Part shown: positions 1-14,300 of the stretch, piece after piece
How the letters are laid out: every line of letters begins with the position of its first letter
How positions within the stretch are numbered: position 1 is the stretch's first letter
Source: Gordius albopunctatus
Taxonomy: Eukaryota
Assembly (NCBI GenBank): GCA_964276515.1
Contig: OZ193910.1
Span: forward strand, 2,108,001-2,172,000
Reading direction: 5' to 3'
Length of the DNA: 64,000 bases
The notes under the pieces: generated by a model
Databases searched by the model: none
Told to the model about the DNA's origin: nothing
The model's input: the letters and a program-made list of their open reading frames with translations, nothing else
Program-made: the position numbers and the translations under genes

Positions 1-67
1 GTAAATTATTATCGTTATCATATGTTATGGTTATATCATCAGCTAAGGATTTATTGAATTGACAAGT

Positions 68-1706
68 TTATTTGTGTTCCATTTTCCCCTGTGGAGTTCC
101 ATATGGCCATACCTGATTTCGAAATAAATTACAGTATTAATAAAGGATAATCCTAATGTTTTTCATTTATGCAGGGGCATAGCCAACATGACGATTAGAG
201 AGGGGGGCATAATGATTTGTAGGAGCAAAATGACCATTTTATTTTTGGAAATTTCAGCCATAATTCTAATAAATTTCAACAATTTTTTGGATTTAGAGGG
301 GCAGCCGCCCCTCCCTGCCCCCCCCCCCAACTACGGCCATGATTTAGCTGAAAAAGGTTTACTTTTGGTTATAAATAATTATTTTTTGATGATCCAATAA
401 AAAATATGTTTTTCGTTCGATTTCTATAGGACTCGATCTATTTCCACAATATAAAAGTTATATTATTAAAAATAATAGACTCAGCCTAAATTGCACTTTT
501 TAAACTCAGAATCTCGCATTTTAATTACAAATAAAAATTTTAAAAATTGCAATTGGAAATTTTATTACTATTTAAAATTATGAATAGGAGAATAAAATTT
601 GATATATTTTTTGCTTTTTATTTTCTATATTTCCCTATCTCCCATCTACACCCAATATTCCTTAAAATTCTACATAACTCAAATAGCTTAATGATTTTTC
701 GAAATTCAACAAAAATTACCACAAAAACATTAAAACGAATCAACACTTTTTATCATGATATTTTTTAAAATTACTGGCAACCAGTGTTAATAATTCAAAT
801 TGGTGAAGTTTCGTAGGTATTATTAATTATATTCATTTTAACACTTTTTGAATTTTAGATTGCCAAAGCAGGGGCTGGTTCAAGAAACTGTTTAATTGCA
901 AAAGATATATACTATTATATTTTTCATCTAGAAGTTAAATAAATTTTAAAAATAGTTTTAAAAAAATATATAAATTTAATCGTTTTTTGGGGGGGGGGGT
1001 AACTCACTATGGAAAGAGGATGCATAAGTGATTTCATATTATCGGTCGCAAAATCCATAGGTTGTAAATCTTTGATTACTCCGGCATATTCATTACTATT
1101 TAATTGAGAAGGGGTTAAACCACGTGTTACAGTGGTCGTCATTTCGTCCAATTGTCGCTTCAGATCCGTTTGAATTGACCGGACGTTTGGAATTTCAATC
1201 GAATTTTCTGGAACATCTTCTGTAAGGATTGACCTTAAATGAGCTATATAACTAGATGCCAACCTCAGGGTATCTAATTTTGACAGTTTTGTATCGAGAG
1301 GGACCCAAGGTAAAGTCGTTTTGAGGCGAACAAAAGCTTTACTCAAAACTCTCATTCTAGCTCTTTCACGAGCGTTAGCTGCATTTCTTTGTACTGGATT
1401 CAATTCCTTCGACGAATTACCTTCATTTTCCAAAGGTTTTTGGTTACTTTCTCCTAAGTAGTAATTCTGCTGAGTCGCTTCAAAATCGCCAAAATAATGT
1501 ATGGAATTTGGTGATTGATAAGAATTCAAATTTTCCTGGAAGTGCTGAGAAGCTTCTCGAAATTCATTCTTTTTTAAGGGTAAAGACTTCATCACTTTAT
1601 CTCGAATTTTCCTTTTAGCACCCGACAATGCCGAATTGTCGTATTTTTGCACTTTAAAATGTTTGTATTTCACCTCGGAATCTAACTTAATATCGAAGGA
1701 ATTCAT
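68..1706 (-). CDS. TCF21: bHLH transcription factor, TCF21/musculin (MyoR, HLH54F) family; 2 exons, about 247 aa
   Basis: Exon 1 (1008-1706) contains [54 protein letters not shown], the TCF21/MSC-type bHLH. It ends HPLSI|gtgagt. Exon 2 (68-112) follows a cag acceptor and reads [14 protein letters not shown], matching the family's HPxxL|TWPF C-terminal motif. The ORF-track tail (924-1007) is intron read-through. Confidence 0.9.
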
Positions 1707-2334
1707 TATAAATCGACTCTAAAGATTGGATAAAGATTTAATTAGTTTTTACTAATCATCTTAGCTATAATCTTTAATCTATGCCTGCCACTCATTATTG
1801 ACGTGGATCAGATTGACTGTAAAGGATCCGTGGAATCGATTAAACTAATGCATTAGTTTTGAAATTAGAGTAGACATTAGCGAGCCAGGGACATCAAAAT
1901 TCTACTATGTTTAATTACTTTTCAGTTGTTGTATACTTTCAAGAACTTGACATCATTTAATGTTTGCGATAGGTCTAAGTTGATATTATTTTGTTTTGAT
2001 GCAAAGGTTTTTAAAAATTTTAAATTAGGCCATTGAAGTTAAATCTATTTTATTTTTCCTCTTAAATTTGAACGGAAAGATAACAGTGAAACTTATAATC
2101 TCAAATAAATTTTTGAACAAATTAAATTATTCAAAAATTTATTTGAGATTTTTTGATTTATTTTAAAAAATCATGTAATTTTTTATGGGGCTAAATCAAA
2201 AAATCTGTTGAAATTTATTAAAATTATGGCCAAAATTGCGAAAAATTTTGCTGCCCCTCTTTAATTTCAATGCTGGCTACGCCCATGCGCTCTGCATTGT
2301 CCAGGCCTCTTATAAATTATTATTTTTTCCCTAA

Positions 2335-2845
2335 ATTCTCACGGCACTCACTAATGACTCGAAGCTTTCCCAAGGCGTAACCTCGGTCTTCTCTTATCCA
2401 AAACCGGATTCCGATTCGCAGTTGGCCTAAGATTAGGATGCAATAAGGTTGCTGAACACACTTGTTCACTTAGCAATCCTTACTGAAAATCGAAAGGCCA
2501 TCATCATGGCCTTCACTGTAATCGCAACAAAGCCCGGTACCGTCGACGACATACCGCGGTTAACAAACTTATACGTATAACTATTTCACCAAAGCTGGTT
2601 TACCCTCAATTCTCGAAGCCGCAGCCCTATGTGACGACATCAAACGACCCGATGGCCAAACTTTAGGCGCTTGGGAAAAAGGAGTCAGTTTAGCATGGGA
2701 TTATACGTGCACTCACGTATTTGCCCCATCTAATCACAACAAAGATCCCTTGTCTTCAGCCGAAGCTCTGAAAATTTCAAAATACTCAGAAATTAACAAT
2801 ATACTACTATAATTTTTTGTCCCATTGCGACAACCACCCTAACAA
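2335..2845 (+). mobile_element. Decayed 3' fragment of a CRE-like non-LTR retrotransposon (zinc knuckle plus restriction-like endonuclease)
   Basis: Manual translation gives GFRFAVGLRLGC..EHTC, HHGLHCNRNKARYRRRHTAVNKLI and, after a frameshift, LEAAALCDDIKRPDGQTLGAWEKGVSLAWDYTCTH...AEALKISKY. This is the RPDG/WDxT/KxxKY pattern of CRE-clade RLE domains. In-frame stops are present. Confidence 0.75.
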
Positions 2846-3097
2846 CTTTTGGCCCTTAAGCCCTACAACTTTTTAAAAAAATGGGAAACAAATTTCATTG
2901 CTATCGCATGATAATCGCGAATCGTTTTTTATACGACAGAAAAATTCATTAGCCATAGCGGAATGTTTTCCCAATATTTACGATTCTTAATTTTTTAATT
3001 TATTTATCTCACCTTCACGAAATATGTAATCCTTTTTATAAAAATAATTAATGATTAACTAATTATAGCAAAAATTGCTTACCAAAAAATTTATGGT

Positions 3098-3431
3098 TAC
3101 AGTCAAAACCGCTTAATTGCAAAGCCTTGGGTCGGAAATTTTTTTGCGATTAACCGATATTTCGCGATTAAACGATGGAAATAAAAGTATATGTACATTA
3201 TATTAAATATTCATTTCTTACGCTTCGCAATAAAACGATATTTTATATAATTATCTGGTTGATTTAAGGACTGGAAAATGTTTGTGAATATCCGATATTG
3301 TACTATTAAGCGATTTGTCAATAAACGATGTTTTTGTTAATATTATCGTTAAAAAAACAAAATGGCGGTTAACTTCGCGATTAAAAGATTTCCGCGATAA
3401 TCCGATTTGCGATTAAGAAGTTTCGACTATA
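3098..3431. mobile_element. Tc1/mariner-type (pogo/Tigger-like) non-autonomous element; inverted partial copy at about 44087-44380
   Basis: Ends are TACAGTCAAAAC and GTTTCGACTATA (imperfect TIRs flanked by TA). About 290 bp of closely similar sequence recurs in reverse orientation, ending ...GGTTTTGACCGTA at 44380. Confidence 0.6.
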
Positions 3432-3784
3432 TACCAAGCCTGTACTTGAACTAGTCATTTTTATATTGAACTATTATTCTAAATTTTGTAATAAACTAAT
3501 AGTAAAATTATTTTATCGAGTATGATCATGATGGTTAGTTTATAACTTTAGTGGTAGCGCTTATAAATAAATTTTTCCACTTTAATATCCATGAAAAAAG
3601 AAGCAGTTACACTAAATTCCACATATTTAATGATTAATTTTCCAATCATAGTTGGATGTCAAATTTATCGATTGGCAATTTATTAGTTTTTTGATTAATT
3701 CCTTCACATTTTATAGGAAATAATTTTCATTTTTTTATAAGTTAAATGGAAACAGCTCGATTTTAAGGCAATTTTAGCATGGTT

Positions 3785-4899
3785 TCATCGACCCTTCAGG
3801 TGCTCGTGTACATGTATATTTTGTGATGGTACATCAATAACTAAATGTTTAATCGGTTCTTCACCATTTGGACTCTGAATTAAATCTTCTTTAAGCCTGC
3901 CAACCACTTCCCCAGTCTTTAAATCCTTAACTTCTTCTCCAACTTGCAGTGTTCTACTGATCTAAACATAATAACAAGAATCATAATTGAAAAATTTATG
4001 AAATATCTTTTACCAAGCAACTTTTAACAAGTTTTTTTATTAAATTATTATGAATTTAAATTTTTTATTGATGCAAAGTCATTTTAATTCATGGGCGTAG
4101 CCAAAGGGGGGGGGCAAGGGGTGCATGACGAAAAACATTTTTTTCAATACAAAAACCCATTAAAAAAATTATATTTTGCCTCCCCCCCTAATTTAATTAA
4201 TTATGACTGGGCTTGGTTTTACATCTGCTCCTAAAAAAGTCTTAGTAAACAATCTCGAATCCCTGCCTTGCCCACTTACCAATGAAGTAGACCTTAATAT
4301 GATTTTAAACTCTTTTTTTTCGCAAAATTCTAAGAAGGCAAAGTTTTAAAAATTTTGTCAATATGCGATAAATTAACGAAATTTAGTGATAACTTAAATA
4401 TTAGTGTCGTAAAAGCGGCTGAGCTTTGTTTGGTCAACCTCTTTGCTTCAACTAAGACTAACGATCAATTCTGGTCTTTTTTTCAGATTTCGCCAAGCCG
4501 AGAGGTCGACAGGGGACATTATAATAATTTTTTTAATTTTTTGCGATAATTATATTAAATTTAAAGATATTTTTGGATTTCGAGGGGGGGGGGCAGTCGC
4601 CCCTCCCTGCCCCCCTTGGCTATGCCCATGCTCTCCAATACTATTTAAAGCCTAAACTAAAGGAGGTTGTAAATCGTTATATAACAACAATTTATTACTT
4701 TATCACCGCTGATATTCTCCTTTTCCTCCTCTTCTTTTATCACTTGCAGGGATTTTCCCTTCCCAGCGGGCCCTATATTTTTTTCAAACTCCGCAATTTC
4801 TTGCATATATTTTTGCTGGATCGCGTCCATTTCATCTACTGGCATAGTATTCATACCAAAATTTTCAATTAAACACATGCACACCCACACAATTTTCAT
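3785..4899 (-). CDS. Small uncharacterised 2-exon protein (about 125 aa), acidic, possibly secreted
   Basis: Exon 1 (4699-4899, MKIVWVCMCL...EEEEKENISGDK|gtaata) joins in phase 0 to exon 2 (3785-3961, tttag|ISRTLQVGEEVKDLKTGEVVGRLKEDLIQSPNGEEPIKHLVIDVPSQNIHVHEHLKGR*). Both parts are open with coding-like composition. I recognise no domain. Confidence 0.6.
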
Positions 4900-5704
4900 A
4901 GCTAATTATTAGGGACTTTTTAAAGCTTTATGTATTTCCAAAAAATTTAAAATATAGAGCCTTCCAGGGATTAGATTTGAGAAACGCGGTTTTCCTATGA
5001 TATAAAATGGTAAATCTTTTTTTTGCTTAGAATAACAAGCTCCTCCCAGGGATTACTATTCTTAGATTTCTAATGTGTTCCACCAGGCATATGGTGATAA
5101 AATCCATCTTGTATAATAGTTCGTATATAAGCATAACACATTTATGATCGAGCAACGGAGTAAGTACTAATAGATTAAGCATTTTTTTAAATTAGCAGCC
5201 ATGTCAATTTGTATATTGATTGTTACACGCCGAGTATTAGGTTACATTAATGTAATTTTTATGTATACCGCTTTCTAGAAATCACATCATTTTTTAAGTA
5301 AACCTACGTTGATGATGGCAAATTGCCTATCAAACAATTTATTATTTTACACACTGTGGAATTTGATTTGACTGATTTCAGTTGTGTGATTTTAAATCAA
5401 TAAAATATACAAAACTTGTATAAATGGCAAAAAATGTTTTTTAAAAAAAATGTAAATAATAACAACTAATTGAATTTTTTTAGATAATAGAACTTTATTT
5501 TCAAATTGTGTATCGTAGCCAAGGGGGGGGGGGCAAGGAGGGGCGACTGCCCCCTCTAAATCCAAAATTTTGTTGAAATTTATTATAATTATGGCTAAAA
5601 TTTCAAAAAATGATTACTTTGCCCCTCCCTAAATCATTATTGCTTCCCTCTAATCCAAATACTAGCTAAAATATATATGATTAATGAGCAGGCATAGAGC
5701 CATG

Positions 5705-6200
5705 GATTGAGATTTTATTGGATTTTACAATTTCCATGGAATTTATTGCCGAATATATAAAAAAAATCTTTGGGATCGTGTGTAACTGAGATAATAAATT
5801 TTGATATTTTTTAAAGGAATTGGCTACTCTCTGGACCTAAATTATCAAGGATCGTTGGTGGCCATTACTCTGACGAAAATAAAATTGTTGCGGTATTTGT
5901 ATTTTTCCACTTTTATTCTCTACGTAAAAGGTATGAGGTCGGGGAAGCTGTTAGATTTGTGAAATATATCCACCGTAGTGAAGTCCAAACAAGTGTTTAG
6001 GCCACAAGCCCACGGGATGATTGCTATATGTATTTTTAAAGTTTTAAAAGTTACTAAAGCATTTTTTTCAGGTCATCTAATAGCAACTCCATATTTAAAG
6101 ATAACTTTTTTAATTAAATCCAATATGGACTCGTATTTTCGGTAGCACACATACAAAATTTATATCTAATTACCAAGGGCATCGTGATATAAAATTGTGA
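5705..6200 (-). mobile_element. Highly decayed CRE-like retrotransposon RLE fragment
   Basis: Minus-strand translation gives HIAIIPWACGLNTCLDFTTVD...KVEKY, then NLGPESSQFL and LYIRQ in other frames. Motif order matches the fragment at 2335-2845. Many stops and frameshifts. Confidence 0.45.
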
Positions 6201-8373
6201 AAATATTTTTTTCTAATTTAGTGGGCTTGTAAAGTTTCCTATTAGAATGGATTTCTATTTTAGTAATAATTTCATTTAGCATTTAAAAGGGACAGTGGTG
6301 TAAATAAGAGGAGATTATTTTAGATCTAAAGTTTATATTTTATAGTTGTGCAACGTAACTCACCAAGGTTAATTATTTAGAATCACTTTTTCTTTATGTT
6401 TAATACCAGATTTTATAATTTTGATGTTGAAATAAAAATGTTACAAAATTTTTTTGGAAATTCCCCCCCGCCCTCCGAGAGAAAATCCTGGCTAAGCGCC
6501 TCAAAAATGAAATTGGGTTCGGACTAAATAAAGCTTAAAGTTAAACATTAATCTCTGGCAGGCTAGAGTAGAATTACAACAATTTGCAGGGCTTTAATAA
6601 TACTAGTAGAAGTTAACAGTATATTAGTTGTTCTCTTCCTAAGGTATAATCATATATTGATAATATTTTAATCGATGGGAATAATTTAATTTTGATATTC
6701 AAAATATAGCATAGGCGTAGTGCAATATAGCCAATTTTATTATTAACCTTCACGTTGCTAGTCGATTTAGGTCTGTTCCTCAAATTTCGACTAAACCCAT
6801 AGGTCGACCAAGAAAAACAGACCCCAAAAATCTTTCAGTTTATTTATGTTTAGCTGACTAAAAGGTCAACCAAGCAAAGCCCAGCCGTTTTTACAACACT
6901 ATTATATTTTTTAAAGTCCAAGATATGTTGACAAAAAAAACTAATACCATTTTTGACTACCACTATACCAAAAATTGAATTATCCAAAAACTTTCATACT
7001 TTATAGTAATTAAATCACAAATATCTAATGTTTTTACCATAAAAATCCCTAGTAATTTTGCAACTTATTGCTAATTTAATAGATGCCAGGAAATAAAATA
7101 TAATGCTTTTGCTTTATAATAATATTGGACAGACCTCCATATCATAATTAAACCCAAGTAATTATTATTTAATATAATTTTCTTACCTTTTTATATTAAT
7201 GTAACAAATTTTAAAGACATTCTATCAGAAATGTACTTGCTTCTTTTATTTATTTCAATGTGATAAAATCACAATATACAAGTAAATATAATAAATGGCA
7301 TAAAATAAATTATGGGCATAATATCTAAAAAATAAAATCCAAAACTATGTTTAAAATTGTTATTTTAAAAACTATTTGATGGAAATGCAAATATTGTTGT
7401 ATACTGAATTTTATTAACCTATTAAAATTCTATATCCTCACACGAGTGCTGTAAAAAGGGCTGAATTTTGTTAGGTGAACCTTTGGTTTTAGTTGACTAA
7501 ACATAAATAGACCAAGAGTTATTGGCCTATAGTCTTATAAACAGACCAAATATTTTTTAGTCAAACCTTAGGTCTGTTTATGTTAATCCTACTTAAAAAC
7601 AAAACCATGTTGTTTTTACAATACTACTCCATACTCAATACCCCCTTTTTTAATAAAAGTTTAAAATATCTAGCTAGGGTCATATAAACTCAGAAAATCC
7701 ATGGCATAAACCTTATTTAATTGGGTAGTCTAATGAGAATTTTATGTAACTCGTAATCTTGAACGTAAGGACCAAGAGTTTAAAGGATGGGTAGTAGTAT
7801 TTAGAAATCTAGGTAGGATTTGTAAACATAATATGTCTTTGCATGCATGAACAATGTTGGATTTGCGTGGTAAAACTTAAATAATTTAATTATTGATACG
7901 CTTTTTTGGTACAAACCAGTACAAACATATTTCAACACTAAAATATCATTTGTATGCAGGGAGATGATGTAATTAATTTGATTACATCTATAGTAATTCA
8001 GGGCATTTGTCAAAATTTTGTAGCATGATTAAATAATCATTCCCCCTACTAGGGTAATCTTGCTAGCCCCTTGTTAAAAAATATTTAAATTTATTGGCTA
8101 AAATATATAGTACTTAATAAATATTTATTGATTTCAAACTTCATATTCGATTGAGTAATTTTTAAAATCCATTTTCCGTGATATTTTGAGCAGTTAAAAC
8201 TAACGTATTGTAATATAATTGTCCAAAAAATTTCAAATAAGTAACAGATATATACAACATTATTACATCGCCTAATGATGCATATACATATTTATTTTAC
8301 ACATTACTTTCCAAATCTCAATTTCTCCAAAATTCTTTTAAATAAACCTAAATGCTTTTGAAAGGAGGCAGAC

Positions 8374-11300
8374 TTATCTTTTGTTAAATTTTTCCCTGTT
8401 ACTACTGACTAGAGATTTCCGCGCGATTTCGAGTATTGATTTCGGCTTTGGGACTTCATTAGATGTGTTCTCTTTGTGAAATATAGAATTAGCCTTAGCT
8501 TTTGTACCCTGCATGAGATTATTGAATAAATTGCATTTGATATGGACCGGCCCAGGTTTTGGTCCAATATTGGCGTTATTAATCTTGAAAGCGGGCGCTG
8601 ACGTCTTCCTTATATGGTCTTTAGTGGTAGGATCAGTTTGATTAGTATTATTTTTATCTTCCCCTCTTGGTTTGTTGCTTTGAATTGATTGGGTCGATGA
8701 TACTTTGGTTATATTGGGCTGACTCGAAGTAGCTTTAGGTATCTACATCCAAAATAATGATGGACTTTCACAGTATTGATTAAAATAAAATAGATTGAGA
8801 AAGGTTTAAATAAAGTGAGGAACTGTGATAAAAAATCTACAATCTTTAAAGTGGAGGAAAAATAATTTGTTATATAAACAGCCTGGGTAGCGTTGCAAAA
8901 AGACTTGGTTTAGTCGATTCGGTCTGATTTTCTTGGTCGACCTCTTGGCTGTCGAAATTTGAAAACACTAATGGATTGGTCTGTTTTGTTGTATCGACCC
9001 TTAGTTTTATTAAAATCAAAGGTCGACTATACCAAGCTCACGTCTTTTTACAACCCCAGGCTTTGGGCAATAAGAAGACTGAACGTTATATTGATAAAAC
9101 GTGGTAGCTGAATTTAAAAAGTGTTTTAATCTAAGTTAAAAATAACATCAGACAAAGGGCCCCACTCCCCTTATATAATTCGGAAGAAAAAGGCATGTTA
9201 GTTTTGTGTTTTTAATACTTGTAAAACAGTATTTGGGATTGAAGATGGTTGAGTCGATTGCTTGGGACTAGGACCAGGTGGAACTGAACGTTTTACCACG
9301 GAATTGACCACCTTGTTTCCAACTCGGTCTTTGGTCGGCAGCTTAGGAGCAGGCGTTGGTGGGACATATTTTTTTGGTGTTATGGGCGTTTTTATGGAAT
9401 TTAATAGGCTCGGATCGCTCCTAGAATTTTTGAGACTGGTCGAATTTCGCCTCTCAGGCGTTATGACATAATCCACTATGTTAGAACCCAGTTTTTCTTT
9501 GAGGTTCAATAAATTTATCGTTTTGATAGCGCCAATGGCTTGCTTTAAATAAAATAAAAATAAAATTTAAATCATATAGTCTACTTATTGTTCTAATAAA
9601 ATTTTATTTAAAAAAACACAGCATAGCAAAATAGATAACAACAACACGTTGTAATCACAAAAATGATAAAATCAGTGAGTAAACTGAAGGGAATCGATCA
9701 AGAAGAATATAGAATAATGTAGTGTTATAAAAATAACTAAGTTTGGTTTGGTCGACCTTTGGTTTTAGTCGACTAATGTTTGGTCTCTTTTTCTTAGTGG
9801 ACCCCGGGACTTAGCGGAAATTTGGAAAAACAGACCAGAGTGGAGCGTTAGTCTTAGTTGAACCAAAGGTCGACCAAATAAAACCTAGCCATTTACACGA
9901 CACTAGAATATTTCAAAAGCACACGAGCGAGACTAGCCCACACAAAAATACTTTTAGTAGATTGAGGCAAAATGAGTTTGAAAATCAGGGGCAAAAAATG
10001 TTGCGTATTTACGAAAAATTTTAACAAAAAGTACCAAATTAAGGCTATGTCTAGGGTCGAAGATCAATTTTTCTCGGTCGTACTTGAAAAATAAGAATAA
10101 ATTTTATCGGCCATGTTTTGCGTGAAAAGTGAAAAATCAACAAAATTTAGCAATATTTTTTTGCTGGGGGGGGGCATAAAACAAATAAATTGTAAATATT
10201 TTTTGGAATTATTACGTACCTGCCAACGATGGTGAATGAGGTATTTTTGATGGCGTTTAGTGTTTATTCTTCTCAATTTGCGTTTTTCCGGGGTCGGGTT
10301 GAGCCAGGGGTGTTTGAGAGCTTGGGTAGATGTCATACGCTTGCTATATACAATTTCAAGTAAGATAAAAAACATGAAAAGGGTTAAGAATGGGCCTAGC
10401 CGAGGAAGGGGGCTGGGAGCCCCTCTAAATCCAAAAATCTGTTGAAATTCATTGTAAAAGTATGGGTGAAATTTCAAAAAATGATCCTTTTGCCCCTCAC
10501 TAAATCATTATTGCCCCCCCTCTAATTCTAATGCTGGATACACCCATTAGCATAGCCATTAAATAAAATGGAATAAAATAATATTTTTCGTTATAAAACT
10601 AAATTATATTTATATAGGTATAAAAAATGTCGGCAAAAAATGTAATTAAAATTTTTGCTAGGTTTGATAACTTAAAATAAGTGTTTTAATATTGTATAGT
10701 TTCAAAAAATGGGTCTTTATACAAATTTTATCGGACTTGAAAAGATTAAATAAAATCTTGGATAAGTTTAAATTAAAATAAATCAATCATCGATTGACTT
10801 GAAATCAATATAAAATAATATAAGAGAAAAGGTGAATTTATTACTGAATAAATGTTTTAAAAAAATGTAAAAATTTTATAATCGCGAGAATGTTTAACAA
10901 AAAATTTTAAACAAAATACCCTTTTTCTTTGACCAGCAATTTGGTAATGAAATCTTTAGCTTCTTTAGACACATCGTCAAATTCTTCATCGTCAAAATCG
11001 AAATCGGCTTTTGTTATGCTACTCAATGTTTCGCCCGTTGTTTCACCCATAAATGGCGATAGGCCAGATAACCTTCAACAAATATTTTGTTATTAGGACA
11101 ATTTACATGGGAGTGGCAAAGAAATTCAATCAATTTGTTGAAATTTATTGTAAAAGTATGGATGAAATTTCAAAAAATTATCATTATTGCCCCCACGCTC
11201 ATGAGAATTTAAGAAATATAATCTACAAAAAAACTATTTGTAAATTGCATAAATGAGATTATTGGTTAAAATAGATGTATTAGTAATTTTTGGATAAATT

Positions 11301-14300
11301 AAGAGTCTCTAAAACAAAGCTCACTTTTTAACTAAATTAAAGGGGAAAAGCTATTAGGAAAAAGTCGATTCTAAGGGCGATTATATTAAATTGTTTCCAT
11401 GGTTTTCAAAATGCATACTACATTTTTAAATATACTCTTGTTCCTGCCACCTAATATTTTTTATAGCAACTAGAGGCCAGATTTGTTGGGAATTTTATGC
11501 CCGAACCCGGCCCGGTTCAATTTTAGAACCTCATTGCCCGCCCTAACCCCTTCTAGATGTCGGCCCGGGGCCGCCCGAAACATTCGAGCTGCCCGAAAGG
11601 GCCGGCCCGAAATATTTAATTTGCCTGTTAGGCCACAAATTTTGCGCTCAAATTTTTTCAACCACTATTAAAAAAATGAGCATTAAATTAATGGCATATT
11701 AAATGAAACAAATATAGAAATATTTTATTATCCAGGACAAAATCTAATTTTCTATGTTATTTAAAAGTCGAATGATTTTTCCAATAAAACTTTTTAGCTT
11801 TAATTTTAATCCTAATAGGTCAAAAAAACTTATTAATTGTGTCAATTTAGGCATGACGGTTTTGTATTGAGTACAGACGGCACATGTGAATTGGGAGCAA
11901 TGGAAGGGCTACATTAATTTAAATATTTCAATCCTTTCCATGAATGTAGCTAGGGATAGGGACTTGATGAAAATTGAGTGTTTCGTGCAAAAATTATAGA
12001 AATAATTTGGAGACGGATGTCGAAATCAAGTTTCTCTTTTAGCATTTTCATATAAATAAAAAAGTAACAAAATAATACATTATCTAAAAATTTCATTAAG
12101 CCCAAATTGCCCGAATCCTAACATCGTGCCCGCCCGAATAAAAAATTTAAGACATTTGCCCAACCCGGCTCGGCCTCGGGCAGCGGGCCGGGTCGGGCAA
12201 TCTGGTCTCTGATAGCAACAAACCAATATTGGAACTCGGTAGAACTAAATTCTCCCATCACGCCAAAATTATAAAATAAAACTATATTTATAGCTCTAAA
12301 ACCTTTAAGATTTTTCAAAATTTCACATTATCTTACTTGAAATGCGATTTTAGCCCATGCCCCATGGGTGTAGCAAGAGGGTGGCGGGGAGAAGCGGTTG
12401 CCCCCCCCCCCCGTCACTAATTAAGAAATCCTCTCAAATTTCATAAAAGTATGGCTAAAATTTCAAAAAATTATCATTTTGCCCACCCCCTTTAATTCTA
12501 AACCTGGCAACGCTCAGCCTGCAAAGCTGGAAAAAAAGGATTTAAGCAAACGAATTGCCTTACAGAACGTATGCTATGACACCCAAGCTCCACATATCGG
12601 TATTCAAGTCGATTTCTTCGTAATTAACCACTTCAGGCGCCATGAATTCCGGCGTGCCAAATAAAACTTTGATTTTTTTGCCGGGGTTATAGCGTTGGGC
12701 CAGCCCAAAATCGATTAGTTTTATTTTATGGGCACTCCCATTGACGCACATCACATTTTCTGGTTTGAGGTCTAAATGGATAACACCCTGCTTGTGAATG
12801 TATTCTAGGGCCAAGCAAATTTGACGGATGTAATTTTGGCAATCTTTTTCCGTGAGCACGAAGTCGTCGTCAACCACTTTATCGAAGAGCTCACCTCCGC
12901 CCACGCTATAGCCATTAAATTTAAGGCAAAAAATAAAATTAATATTTTCTAACTAAAAATATGAAATTTCACGTAACATACGAAGAGTGAAAAAATGAAA
13001 TATTTTGTGGAAAAATGGCAAAAAATTGCCCCGAGACAGAAAAAAAATTAAATTGGGACGGCCGGGTATAGCTTGATGAGGAGCCCGATCCGGTTTTGGC
13101 TAAATAAGCATTGGAAAAATTTTTAGGGTAAAAATGGGAAAAAAAGGAATTAAAGGAGCCCCATGGAGGGTGAACCAAACCAACAACTTAAAAAATAATA
13201 AAAACACTAAAAATAACACATTTAACATCGATTTTAAAAATATTTATGATAACAAATATATCCAAGTTTAAAATGAGTGTTAGTTTTTCATTATAAAAAT
13301 TGCTAAAATTATTAAAAATTAATTTTTTCATTGAAAATAAAATTTACAATTCTAGGACTAGAACGAATTCATTGTTGGATTCGAAGGCACCAAAGCACTC
13401 TACGACATTGGGATGTTGCAAAGATTTCAAAATGTCAAATTCTTTTTCCGCATTTTGTTTTTCTTGCACATTATATTGGCTAAAAGATTTAGCCGCGTAC
13501 AATTTCTTAGTAGTCTTGTGGCTACATAATTTCACTTCCCCGAACCTTCCTCTGTATAATGCGATAAAATAATAAATTAAAAAAATATATTATTTAATTT
13601 TTGAATTTTTTTTTACAATATACTAGTGTTGTAAAAACGGCTGGGTCTTTTGGTCTGTTTTTCTTACTCGACCTCTAGGCTTAGTCGAAATTTGAAAAAT
13701 AGACCAGAGTCGAACGTTAGTCTTAGTTGAACCAAATGTCGACAAAACAAAACCCAGCCCTTTTTACAACTCTACAATATACATCTAATGAGGTCTTAAA
13801 GAAAGATAGAAAATGGATTTAAAGGTATATTTTTAAATAGAAAGAGCAATGCAAGAAAGAAAAATTGCATAGCAATTGAAATATCCATGTGTATCTCGAG
13901 GATAGTGGAAAATGATTTCTATATTTTTATTTACCATAATAGCTTTAAGTTTTTTTGCAAGAAACCTGGCTAGGCTCAGGTTTGTACGTATTTTTTAAAA
14001 ATCGGTAAATTTATATGCAAAATTCATTTAGTGCCTATTTATTTTATTTTTATACAACTTTGACAATAATTGATGTAACAACTCTTTAAAATGCTGTTGG
14101 TTTAATAAATACTTATGCCTACGTAATAGTGTTTTAAAAACGGCAGGGTCTTAAATGGGCGACCTTTGATTTTAGTCGATTAAACACAAACCAGACCAAA
14201 GGTTTTTTAGTTTGATTAGTTGTTTGACTTCAGGGCATAGTGGAAACTTGAAAAACAAACTATTACGACACTACTAAGTGACTTTTATTTAGTCATATAT

